40,199 nucleotides of DNA from Candidatus Micrarchaeota archaeon. Lineage in GTDB: Archaea > Micrarchaeota > Micrarchaeia > Anstonellales > Bilamarchaeaceae. Below, piece after piece: positions 8,133 to 16,766 of the stretch. Within the stretch, counting starts at the first letter, position 1, and each line of letters opens with the position of its first letter. The position numbers and the translations under genes are program-made. The notes under the pieces are model-generated. The model was not told where the DNA came from and ran no database searches. It was given only the letters and a program-made list of their open reading frames with translations. Where the stretch lies: NCBI GenBank assembly GCA_013425375.1, contig JACCLH010000004.1:1-40199 (forward strand), given 5' to 3'.

Positions 8133-8201
8133 ATGCAGAGCATGAGAGAAATTGATAACTCTAAGTCCGCATTGCTCAGCCTGCTCCTTCTCCTGGCCTG
8201 A
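8133..8201 (+). CDS. Putative Leu-rich leader peptide MQSMREIDNSKSALLSLLLLLA
   Basis: 7 Leu codons among the last 9 sense codons; leaderless-type TATA spacing; lies directly upstream of leuA. Confidence 0.7.
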   Translation: MQSMREIDNSKSALLSLLLLLA

Positions 8202-8292
8202 CCGGCCACACTCTTATATACCCCCTGATTTGTAAGAAAAAATATCCTCAGTCTTACTTCTTTCTATCATCGAAAAAAACGAGGTGAAGGAT

Positions 8293-10065
8293 ATGGATGC
8301 TAACCAAAAAATAGGACATAACGGAAACCCGCAGACCATGCGTCCCATGCCGCAATCTGTCAGGGGATGGAAGTGGTGGGCCAACGTCAAGGACAGGTAT
8401 TTCGCGCAAATCGCGGAACATGCAGACGGTTTCGGCCGTGCATCGGCCTTCCCGGACATTGAAAGGCTGAAGAAGGTGAGGATATTCGACACCACCGGCC
8501 GGGACGGCATGCAGATGCCTGATGCCTTCATCACCGTGGCAGGCGGGATAACGGCCACACAGAACAAGATAGACATCGCGGTGGAGCTGGCGAAATGGGG
8601 CATACCCATAATAGAGGTCGGAAGCGCCATGAGCAGCCCGGAAGAAAAGATGGCCATCCGGGAGGCGAAAAGGAGAGTGATGAAACTCGGTCTGCCCAGC
8701 GAGATAGTGAGCCTTGCGCGCATGAACCGGAAGGATATAGAAGAGGCATGGGGTCCTGACGTTGGCACTGACAGCATCCATCCTGACATTATCCATCTCT
8801 TCTCTTCAGGTTCTGACCCGCATACATGGGTTAAGTTCGGGAAAATGCCGAAAGATGTGATACCGGACATCGTCGACAGCGTGACATATGCACAGCAAAT
8901 CGGATTCAGGAAGATGGTCGTATCGCTGGAGGATGCGGCAAGGACTGACCCAAAGCACCTGGTGGAGGTAGCCAGCGCAGTGAATGAGATAGCCAAAGCA
9001 AGGGGGGTGGAGGTGCACTATAACATCCCGGACACGATTGGCGTCGCTGACCCAGTGTACATGTTCGCCCTCATCTCATACATCCACAAGAAGGTGCCGT
9101 CGCTTCCGCTCCAAGTGCACTGCCACAACGACCTGGGAAGGGCTGTGGACAACAGCCTTGCAGCAATATACGCTGGAGTTTCAGAGGTCCATGCAACCAT
9201 GCATGGCATGGGTGAGAGAACAGGAAATGCCGCGCTGGAGCAGATTGTGATGAACCTTTACACAAGACATGGCGTGGCGCTGGTCGACCCGCACCAGATT
9301 TCAAGGATATCGGAATTCATAAGGCAGCGTTCCGGGGTGGACGCGCCAGTGAACGCGCCGGTCATAGGCAGGAACGCCTTCCGGCATGAGTCCGGCGTGC
9401 ACGGCGATGCCGTAGACAAGAGCAACCGGATGGGATATGGCAGGCGTAAGGGAGTGGACGGCGGAAGCGTGTATGCCCCGTTCAATCCGGCTGTCATCGG
9501 GAGAAAGGAGGAGATGGGCATAGGGCCGCTCTGCGGAAGGGCCAATGTCGAGTACCGCCTTGCGGAATTCGGCATCACAGTGCCTGACGACAAGATAGCC
9601 GACATCGTCGAAAAGGTCAAGAGGATGTCCGACAGCGCGAAGGTGAGCGACGCGGATTTCATCCTCATGGCCTACGAAAGCGTGAAAGAGAAGCCATGCG
9701 AGAAGGTCAGGATATCAGAGATAGACGTCTGGATCGCTATGAGCGGGGCCCGTGCATACGTGCAACTCGGACTGAACGGCCATTATAGAAAGGCTGGAGG
9801 CGATGGAAACGGCCCTGTGGATGCTGCGGTCGAGGCGATAAAGAACGCGCTTGGCAGGCACAGCATGGACATAGTAGCCTACGAGAACAAGTCGATAGGC
9901 CAGGGAAGCGACGCCGGGGCAAGAGTCACAGTGACGGTGAAGAAACGGCGGGGGAAGATACGGATCGAATCTTCTGCCGTAGGCACTGATACAGTCCTTA
10001 TCGCCGTGGAGGCTTTCAGGAAGGGCTACAACGCCATGTGCGCCCTGGAGACGCTCAGGAAATAG
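8293..10065 (+). CDS. leuA: 2-isopropylmalate synthase (LeuA/CimA DRE-TIM family) with C-terminal allosteric domain
   Basis: IFDTTGRDGMQ, NIPDTIG, HCHNDLG, GERTGNA, HESGVH, GNGPVDA motifs; GAGGTGA RBS at 8281 favours the ATG at 8293. Confidence 0.8.
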   Translation: MDANQKIGHNGNPQTMRPMPQSVRGWKWWANVKDRYFAQIAEHADGFGRASAFPDIERLKKVRIFDTTGRDGMQMPDAFITVAGGITATQNKIDIAVELAKWGIPIIEVGSAMSSPEEKMAIREAKRRVMKLGLPSEIVSLARMNRKDIEEAWGPDVGTDSIHPDIIHLFSSGSDPHTWVKFGKMPKDVIPDIVDSVTYAQQIGFRKMVVSLEDAARTDPKHLVEVASAVNEIAKARGVEVHYNIPDTIGVADPVYMFALISYIHKKVPSLPLQVHCHNDLGRAVDNSLAAIYAGVSEVHATMHGMGERTGNAALEQIVMNLYTRHGVALVDPHQISRISEFIRQRSGVDAPVNAPVIGRNAFRHESGVHGDAVDKSNRMGYGRRKGVDGGSVYAPFNPAVIGRKEEMGIGPLCGRANVEYRLAEFGITVPDDKIADIVEKVKRMSDSAKVSDADFILMAYESVKEKPCEKVRISEIDVWIAMSGARAYVQLGLNGHYRKAGGDGNGPVDAAVEAIKNALGRHSMDIVAYENKSIGQGSDAGARVTVTVKKRRGKIRIESSAVGTDTVLIAVEAFRKGYNAMCALETLRK

Positions 10066-10097
10066 ACGCACCTGGACGAGCGCGGCTCAAGAAGCGG

Positions 10098-10130
10098 ATT
10101 TTGTTTTTCGTATTTATTTTCGTGTTTGTA
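10098..10130 (+). terminator. Oligo-T terminator-like tract after leuA
   Basis: Several T runs (ttttgtttttcgtatttattttcgtgttt) just after the stop codon. Confidence 0.5.
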
Positions 10131-10177
10131 GAGAGCTAACCACATCATTTAAATTACATTCTGCACCATCATCATAC

Positions 10178-11182
10178 ATGAAGCTTTACATCCCCCCAGG
10201 ATATAAGCCACTTCTCAGGGCGAGGGATACCGAAGCAGCGATCCAGAGGATAAAATCGCTTTTCCAGAAGCGGCTTTCCGAGAACCTGAATCTCTACAGG
10301 GCGTCGGCCCCGATGGTTGTCCGGGCCGGCACTGGCATAAATGATGATTTGAACGGCGTCGAGAGGAAGGTCAGCTTCAGCGTCAAAGACGACAACGACG
10401 CCAAAGTCGAGATAGTCAACTCCCTGGCCAAATGGAAGAGGATGGCGCTCGCCAGGTACGGGTACAGCCACGGCGAAGGCATCTGGACAGACATGAACGC
10501 CATCAGGCCTGATGAGGAACTCGACAACACCCATTCTGTCTATGTGGACCAGTGGGACTGGGAGCGGGTGATAAACACACAGGAGCGGAATCCGGACTTC
10601 CTGAAATGGGCTGTGAAAAAGATTTACGATGCCATAAAGAGGATTGAGTGGCGGATATCCCAGGATTACGGCGCAAGGTCGTTCCTTCCGGAAGAGATAT
10701 CATTCATCACGACCTCCGAACTCGAGGGGCGGTATCCGGATCCGGATAGAAAGGCAAGGGAGAACGCAGTGGCTGAGCACAAGAAGGCGGTATTCATAAT
10801 GCAGATAGGGTGGCCGCTTAAGGACGGAAAACCGCATGACGGCCGCGCCCCGGATTATGACGACTGGAACCTTAATGGCGACATCTTCGTATGGAACCCG
10901 GTCCTCAAGAGCGCGTTCGAGCTTTCCTCGATGGGAATCCGCGTTGACAAGGAGACCCTTGTGAAACAGCTTCAGGCTGCGAATGCCATGGAGCGCCTGG
11001 AGCTCGAGTTCCACAAGATGCTCATGGCAGACCAGCTTCCGCTTTCAATCGGCGGCGGCATCGGGCAGTCAAGGCTTTCCATGCTCTACCTGGGGGCGGC
11101 GCACATCGGGGAAGTGCAGGTAGGCATCTGGCCGGCTGAGATGGTTGCCGAGCTGGAGAGGAATAATATAAAGCTGCTATGA
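10178..11182 (+). CDS. asnA: Aspartate--ammonia ligase (bacterial-type AsnA)
   Basis: GINDDLNG.E, SLAKWKR, HSVYVDQWDWE, HDGRAPDYDDW, ELSSMGIRV, GGGIGQSRL motifs. Confidence 0.95.
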   Translation: MKLYIPPGYKPLLRARDTEAAIQRIKSLFQKRLSENLNLYRASAPMVVRAGTGINDDLNGVERKVSFSVKDDNDAKVEIVNSLAKWKRMALARYGYSHGEGIWTDMNAIRPDEELDNTHSVYVDQWDWERVINTQERNPDFLKWAVKKIYDAIKRIEWRISQDYGARSFLPEEISFITTSELEGRYPDPDRKARENAVAEHKKAVFIMQIGWPLKDGKPHDGRAPDYDDWNLNGDIFVWNPVLKSAFELSSMGIRVDKETLVKQLQAANAMERLELEFHKMLMADQLPLSIGGGIGQSRLSMLYLGAAHIGEVQVGIWPAEMVAELERNNIKLL

Positions 11183-11272
11183 TAAGGAAACTACGACAAT
11201 ATTCCAAACCTCCCAGTTTGAGTGCTGACAACCGACAGATTTGCAAAAATACAATCAAAGATGGTGAGATAG

Positions 11273-11533
11273 ATGAAGCGTGAGGATGCATGCGTTAGGA
11301 TCAAGGATATGACATGCTGCTCGTGGCACAGTCAAAGGAATGCCATAGTTTATACGAAGACAGGGATGCCTGTTCCGAAGGAAGTGCTTGATAGGATACC
11401 TGATGGACCGGCAAAGGAGATGATGATGTATTCCGGGAACATGTGCGATCTATGCGCCAAGCGTTTCATGAGTGGAGGGAAAAGAGAACCGCTTGTGGAG
11501 AGCATGCTCACCAGCATGATAGTGCTGCGCTAA
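11273..11533 (+). CDS. Small hypothetical protein, possibly metal-binding
   Basis: 86 aa with GGTGAG RBS; CSWH and CDLC ligand pairs. Confidence 0.55.
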   Translation: MKREDACVRIKDMTCCSWHSQRNAIVYTKTGMPVPKEVLDRIPDGPAKEMMMYSGNMCDLCAKRFMSGGKREPLVESMLTSMIVLR

Positions 11534-12081
11534 ACTTTCATGGCCTGGATTATCTTCAGCAGAAGGGGGTAGGAGGTATAACCTGAACCCTCGTTTATGT
11601 GGCCGCCCCCGTGCTCGATTATAAGGTCGGCACCAAGGTTGTCGGCAAGCTTTTGCCCTTCATCCAGAGGGATGTAAGGGTCGTTGTCAGAGTTTATCAC
11701 GAAGAACTTGCGGCAGCTCTTCCTTATCTTCGGCCAGTCGAACTTTTTCTCAACGAAGTTCTTTATCTGTGGAATCTCCAGGTCCTTGGCGAAGCCTGCC
11801 ACCAGGATGGCAGCGCCGGCACGCTCTTCCTGGCCGAAGGTCTCAAGGAGGCGGAGGATAGCGGGGCATCCGAGGCTATGACCGATGAGAATCCAATCAT
11901 CGTCGAAATGCTGGACGTGCTTCCTGGTTTCTGCTAGCCATTCCTCCAGCTTCGGGTTGTCTGTGCCCGGAAAATCAGGTCCGATGACAGTCATTCCTTC
12001 CTTCCGTAGCGTGTCTGCGAGCCAACCGCTCCAGCAGCTCCGCGCATCCCCTCCCCAGCAATGGAAAAGGAAGACCTTCAT
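11530..12081 (-). CDS. Alpha/beta hydrolase, RBBP9/YdeN family
   Basis: GHSLG nucleophile elbow, SDNDPY acid residue, GGHIN histidine. Confidence 0.88.
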   Translation of the reverse strand: MKVFLFHCWGGDARSCWSGWLADTLRKEGMTVIGPDFPGTDNPKLEEWLAETRKHVQHFDDDWILIGHSLGCPAILRLLETFGQEERAGAAILVAGFAKDLEIPQIKNFVEKKFDWPKIRKSCRKFFVINSDNDPYIPLDEGQKLADNLGADLIIEHGGGHINEGSGYTSYPLLLKIIQAMKV

Positions 12082-12085
12082 CGTC

Positions 12086-12448
12086 TCACAATAATTTCAG
12101 TTTACCGAAAACAGCATCCAGCTCGTTCTCCCCCCATGGCCCTGCGGCGAAGCACGTGAGCGTGCCGGGCTCGAGCTGGGTGTGGCCTGCATCCCGTATA
12201 AGCTCGCATGGGATTCCGGCAGCTTTCCCTTTGTTGTAATATTCGAGGAGTTCGGCCTCGCTGTTGACCTTCAGCACGACCTTCTTCTGCCCTTCCTCTT
12301 CCCACGCGCGGGCGGTATCTGGGTTTGTTTTTGAGACCTTCTTGTACGCGCTCAGCGAGGCGTGCGAGCTTTGGACCGCGAGCTTGCCTTTCCCCATCTT
12401 CAGGTCTGCTCTTACAACTATCGTCTGTTTGTACACGGAGATGCCCAT
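12086..12448 (-). CDS. pth2: Peptidyl-tRNA hydrolase Pth2
   Basis: KQTIVVRADLKMGKGKLAVQSSHA, GQKKVVLKV, IRDAGHTQ motifs. Confidence 0.95.
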   Translation of the reverse strand: MGISVYKQTIVVRADLKMGKGKLAVQSSHASLSAYKKVSKTNPDTARAWEEEGQKKVVLKVNSEAELLEYYNKGKAAGIPCELIRDAGHTQLEPGTLTCFAAGPWGENELDAVFGKLKLL

Positions 12449-12452
12449 CCAA

Positions 12453-12505
12453 GCGCAAATTTTCGCAAAAATTTGTGCGCTATGGTAAATTATCAAATTT
12501 ACCAT
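12453..12505. promoter_or_regulatory. Two adjacent inverted repeats in the divergent pth2/mgtC promoter
   Basis: GCGCAAATTTT-CGCA-AAAATTTGTGC (12453-12478) and perfect ATGGTAAATT-ATCA-AATTTACCAT (12482-12505). Confidence 0.5.
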
Positions 12506-12545
12506 TCAATGAAAACTTATAAAGCCACTCCACGAATACAAAGCC

Positions 12546-12968
12546 ATGCTTGTCGATGGCGAGATAATACTCAGGTTCGTGGTCGCAGTCGTGATAGGCC
12601 TTCTCATCGGTTTAGCCAGGAGGCATAAACCAGCGGGCATCAGGACATTCACCCTCCTCTGCTTCGGCTCGGCGATCTTCACTGTGATTTCCGTCGCAGG
12701 ACCATTCACAACATCTGCGGCATACGATCCTACGCGCGTGATAGCCCAGATAGTGGCCGGCATCGGCTTCCTCGGCCTAGGTGTCATATGGAAGGAAGGG
12801 CTCGATAAGCCTTCAGGACTTACGACCGCAGCGGCCATATGGGTGACAGCAGGCCTGGGCATCCTTGTGGGTCTTGGCATGTGGGTGGAGACGCTGGCGG
12901 CCACCGTCTTTACGCTCGCCATACTTTATTCCAAGAAACCGCTGACGCTAGCCCACCTTGAGGAATAG
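12546..12968 (+). CDS. MgtC/SapB family membrane protein
   Basis: AGIRTF, DPTRVIAQIVAGIGFLG, GLTTAAAIW motifs. Confidence 0.92.
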   Translation: MLVDGEIILRFVVAVVIGLLIGLARRHKPAGIRTFTLLCFGSAIFTVISVAGPFTTSAAYDPTRVIAQIVAGIGFLGLGVIWKEGLDKPSGLTTAAAIWVTAGLGILVGLGMWVETLAATVFTLAILYSKKPLTLAHLEE

Positions 12969-12975
12969 CGCCCCA

Positions 12976-15546
12976 TCAGGAAAGTTTCCAGTATTTCTTG
13001 TTCTTTATGAAATTCTTCTGCGCTTCAATCAGATCCAGATAGAAGGACTCTTCGGTCTTGTGCAGGCGCTTCAGCACCCGGTCGGCTGTCGCAGGGCCGA
13101 TGCCGTAGGTGGAAAGGGCTATGAGGCCCCTTTTCCCATAGGCACGGATAAGTCCTGCCGAGAATTCCATGTCGCCTTTGGCTTCACCTTCCTTGCTGAC
13201 CAGAGCGAACGAAGGATGGCCGCATTTGTGGCAGGCTATTTTCTCAGGAGCTCCGGCAAGGTGCAGGAATCTGGATGCATTGCAGTGCAAGCACCTGAGG
13301 CGCAATGTCTTGGACAGCGCATTCTCCCTGAACGCTGCCACGATGCGCTGCCTGGGCTCGAAAGCACCGATGGATTCGCCTCCTGATACCCGCTCAAGGC
13401 CGATGGCAGCGAAATAGCTCGGCGCCTTCCTGATGTCTGTCACGAGCCTTATCTTCCCTTTGCGGATGAGTTCCATGAGCTCGGTTGACTTATCGACGTC
13501 GAAATACCTGAAGAAGATGGAACGGAGGGCCTCCTCATAGACCACAGAGTGGCGCATGGCATGGACGAAGCGCGAGTTGATCGTCGCATCCTCAGAAAGC
13601 AGGCCTGCCATCCTGCCCACATGGAGGAACTTGAACTTCAGGAGCGAGGAGTTCTCCAGGGCCTCCTCGAGCTGGCGGCGGATGTCCTTTATCTCCAGGA
13701 AGCACCTCTTCACCTGCTCCTCTTTCAGCGGGAACGGCAGCTTGACCATTATGCGATAGGGGTCTGCGACAGCCAGCACGCTCTCGCCAATCAGGTTGGA
13801 GAGCTTTTTGGAGAACACACGGGCAAGGCCTTCGTTGACCTGGGTGCCGAAGCAGGCATGGACCACCACGAGGTCCTCCACCATCTCCATTATGACGGTC
13901 TTCTCATCAGGGAGCGGGGAGATGTCCTTCTTCATGGCGCGCATCCTGCCCACATCCTGGGCGACCTCGAAAGATACCGGGATGTCTTCACCGGTCCATG
14001 AAGGCACCATGATGTCTGTGGCTGAGGTCGGCTCTGCGAGGACCTCTTTCTCGGTGATGTCTATCACATGCCATGGGATGCCCTGAGACAGGAAGCTGGC
14101 GCCTGGCTCCAGGCTGACCACGAAGTCCTCGTCAAGGCTGGAGATGAACCTGTTGGATGAAATGTCCTTCATGAGGAAGCGCTTGGTCTTGGGAATCGTG
14201 CTCAGGAAGGTATGATAATAAGTCCTTGCCCTGGGCTTGGCCTTGATGAAAACGGATTTGCCTGCTTCATCGTAGTAGATAAGGCCCTCGCTGTAGAGCT
14301 GGAGCGCGACCATCCTCAGCTTGTCGTAGGTGATGGAATAGGCATAGGAGCCTGAGAGGATGGAATGGGCTTTCGCCAGGTCTGTCCTGCCGAAATCAAG
14401 GCAGAGGCCTATGAGCTGGTGCGCGATGACGTCGAGCGCGCCGCGCTCCACCTTCTTATCCTCCATCCAGCCGTTCTTCGCCAGGACCGCGATGACCTCG
14501 CTCTCGAGGAGGTCGTCGAAATCCTGGCTGAAGATTATGCCTTTCGGTACCTTCTCCATCGTGTGGCCAGAGCGGCCCACCCTCTGGATGAGCCTGAAGA
14601 CCTGGTGCGGCGAACCGTACTGCATGGCAAGCGAGACATCGCCTATGTCTATGCCCAGCTCAAGCGAAGACGTGCATAGGATGGAATTCATCTTGCCTGA
14701 CTTGAACTCATCTTCTGCACCAAGCCTGATCTCCTTGGCCAATGAGCCGTGATGGACCAGGATGGGAGCGCCGAGCTTCTTCAGGGATGCGCCAAGCTCC
14801 TCTGCCATGCTCCTTGTGTTGACGAAGATGAGCGAGCGGTGCTTCTCGGAGAGCGATTTGATACGCTCGAGCCGTCTCTCATGCGGAAGCGTCTCCACGG
14901 ATATGTCCATGTGGCGGTTCTTCCCTGATTCGCAGACAGCGAACGGGCGCTCACCGAAAAGAAGTTTCGCTGCCTCGGTCTCGTTCGCCACGGTCGCGCT
15001 TATGCCTATCCTCTGGAATTTCGCTATCTCGTTCAGGCGCTCAAGGCCCATGGAGAGCTGGGCGCCCCGTTTGTTGTCAAGGATGTCGTGTATCTCATCA
15101 ACAATAACGAACTCGATGGTCGTGAGATGCTTCCGCATCACGCGTCCCATGAGAAGGGCCTGTAGCGATTCCACAGTGGTGAGCAGTATCTGGGGCGGTG
15201 ATTTGCGGTGTTTCGCCCTTTCAGCGAGCGTCGTGTCTCCGGTCCTGATGTCATGGCTGATATCCAGCTTCTCGCACCACCAGGTGAAGCGCCCCTTCAG
15301 GTCACGCGAAAGGGCGCGAAGCGGGGTGATGTAGAGGGCTCGGATGCCGACGATTTTGGATTCGGCTCCCGCGTCCTTTGTTTTTATCTTTTCCAGTATC
15401 GGGAGCAATGCGCTCTCGGTCTTGCCAGAGCCTGTGGGAGCCAGGATGAGGACGTTCTCTCCGGCAAGCACCCTGGGCATGGCGAGTTTCTGGATTTGGG
15501 TAAGCTCGCCGAACCGTTCCCTGACAAGGTCTGCTACGTTAGGCAT
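12976..15546 (-). CDS. lhr: Lhr-family SF2 DEAH-box helicase
   Basis: APTGSGKT, YITPLRAL, DEIH, HHGSL, SSLELGIDIG, QRVGRSGH, PSWTGE motifs; C-terminal CxxC...CxxC. Confidence 0.92.
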   Translation of the reverse strand: MPNVADLVRERFGELTQIQKLAMPRVLAGENVLILAPTGSGKTESALLPILEKIKTKDAGAESKIVGIRALYITPLRALSRDLKGRFTWWCEKLDISHDIRTGDTTLAERAKHRKSPPQILLTTVESLQALLMGRVMRKHLTTIEFVIVDEIHDILDNKRGAQLSMGLERLNEIAKFQRIGISATVANETEAAKLLFGERPFAVCESGKNRHMDISVETLPHERRLERIKSLSEKHRSLIFVNTRSMAEELGASLKKLGAPILVHHGSLAKEIRLGAEDEFKSGKMNSILCTSSLELGIDIGDVSLAMQYGSPHQVFRLIQRVGRSGHTMEKVPKGIIFSQDFDDLLESEVIAVLAKNGWMEDKKVERGALDVIAHQLIGLCLDFGRTDLAKAHSILSGSYAYSITYDKLRMVALQLYSEGLIYYDEAGKSVFIKAKPRARTYYHTFLSTIPKTKRFLMKDISSNRFISSLDEDFVVSLEPGASFLSQGIPWHVIDITEKEVLAEPTSATDIMVPSWTGEDIPVSFEVAQDVGRMRAMKKDISPLPDEKTVIMEMVEDLVVVHACFGTQVNEGLARVFSKKLSNLIGESVLAVADPYRIMVKLPFPLKEEQVKRCFLEIKDIRRQLEEALENSSLLKFKFLHVGRMAGLLSEDATINSRFVHAMRHSVVYEEALRSIFFRYFDVDKSTELMELIRKGKIRLVTDIRKAPSYFAAIGLERVSGGESIGAFEPRQRIVAAFRENALSKTLRLRCLHCNASRFLHLAGAPEKIACHKCGHPSFALVSKEGEAKGDMEFSAGLIRAYGKRGLIALSTYGIGPATADRVLKRLHKTEESFYLDLIEAQKNFIKNKKYWKLS

Positions 15547-15689
15547 TTTGCTCAGGATGATTATGGGAAAAGGAGAATAAAATAGAGGTGGATGGCTTGT
15601 CTGGCGGCCGGTAAAACTGATTAGAATGGCTAATAGTGGTAATTATTAATCTTTAATGCCATAATACAATTATCACTTGAGGCGAACTT

Positions 15690-16373
15690 ATGCGCATTGC
15701 AGCTGCCAAACAAACAACCGATGGCCAGAGAATCAGAGGCCCAGGCCTTGCCATACTCATCTCAGGAAACGAGGGTGCTCCATACGATGAAGGCTTGATG
15801 AGGGCAGATGCCGGGAACCTGGTCATAGCTTCAAACAAAAGAATGAGCCGGATGCTTATCTGGAGCGACGAGTGGAAAACGAAATATAACCTATTCGGAT
15901 GCTGGACAGGGACGACGACCGCGTATGAAGAGGCCGGAAAGGCGTTCGGCAGGCTTGTCGAGTATACCGATGAGAAGGCAGGAATCAGGTATATCTTCCC
16001 AGTGCCTGATGAGTTTGTCGGAGCGACGGATTGCCTGCTTGTCGCAGAGCATCCTGATTTCACGCTTGAACGAAAGGGCAATGACAGGATTGTCAGGGCC
16101 GCAAGGATAGCGCTGATTGAGAGATTCCCTGCTGAAAATGGCTGGTATCCGGGTGATGATGCCTATGACATCCCGAATGGGGATGCGGTAGATTCTTCTG
16201 GCCCTGGCGCCAGACGTTTATGGAGAATTGGGGGGGCGAGGGTGGGTCCTGTTGCCCGTGGGTACGGTGGCGACAACGACAAATATGACGGCAGGCGCGA
16301 CATCGTCCTCAATGGCAGGCCCTGCGGCGCTCTCGGGATGGCTGTGGAAGCACCCTTGGGAAGGCGTATCTGA
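15690..16373 (+). CDS. Hypothetical protein with a DGR variable-region-like C-terminus
   Basis: 227-aa ORF ending VARGYGGDNDKYDGRRDIVLNGRPCGALGMAV, encoded mostly by NNY codons. Confidence 0.75.
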   Translation: MRIAAAKQTTDGQRIRGPGLAILISGNEGAPYDEGLMRADAGNLVIASNKRMSRMLIWSDEWKTKYNLFGCWTGTTTAYEEAGKAFGRLVEYTDEKAGIRYIFPVPDEFVGATDCLLVAEHPDFTLERKGNDRIVRAARIALIERFPAENGWYPGDDAYDIPNGDAVDSSGPGARRLWRIGGARVGPVARGYGGDNDKYDGRRDIVLNGRPCGALGMAVEAPLGRRI

Positions 16374-16407
16374 AACCATGGCGGAAATGGGGAAGGAAAA
16401 ATAAGTA

Positions 16408-16635
16408 TTACCAGACCTGGATGACGCACACCCCGTGCTCCTCATCCGGCGATTTCCGGGCAGGCTGCTTCCAATCCGACGGGGGCTGTGGAATCTCGAT
16501 TTCGAGCTGCGGCTGCGGGCGGTCCTGCTTCCTCCGGTCTATGAGTGGGAGTTCCCAGGGGGTTGGCACCCACGACGGCACTGGCTTTGGCTGCTGCGTA
16601 TCTGACCTCTTCAGTTGCCCGAACTGCAGCTTCAT
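16408..16635 (-). CDS. Small Pro-rich hypothetical protein
   Basis: 75 aa, Pro/Gln-rich, hydrophobic C-terminal strand GVCVIQVW; AT-rich TATA-like tract about 30 nt upstream. Confidence 0.55.
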   Translation of the reverse strand: MKLQFGQLKRSDTQQPKPVPSWVPTPWELPLIDRRKQDRPQPQLEIEIPQPPSDWKQPARKSPDEEHGVCVIQVW

Positions 16636-16766
16636 GTATATAATATGCTTAACACAATTTTTAAATATATGCCACATAAGGTGGTGGCAGTGCGACGCTA
16701 CGAACCAGCATGGGTTTATAAAACGAGGGCGGCATTTTTCTTGGATAGGTATCAGTGGGTTTTCCT

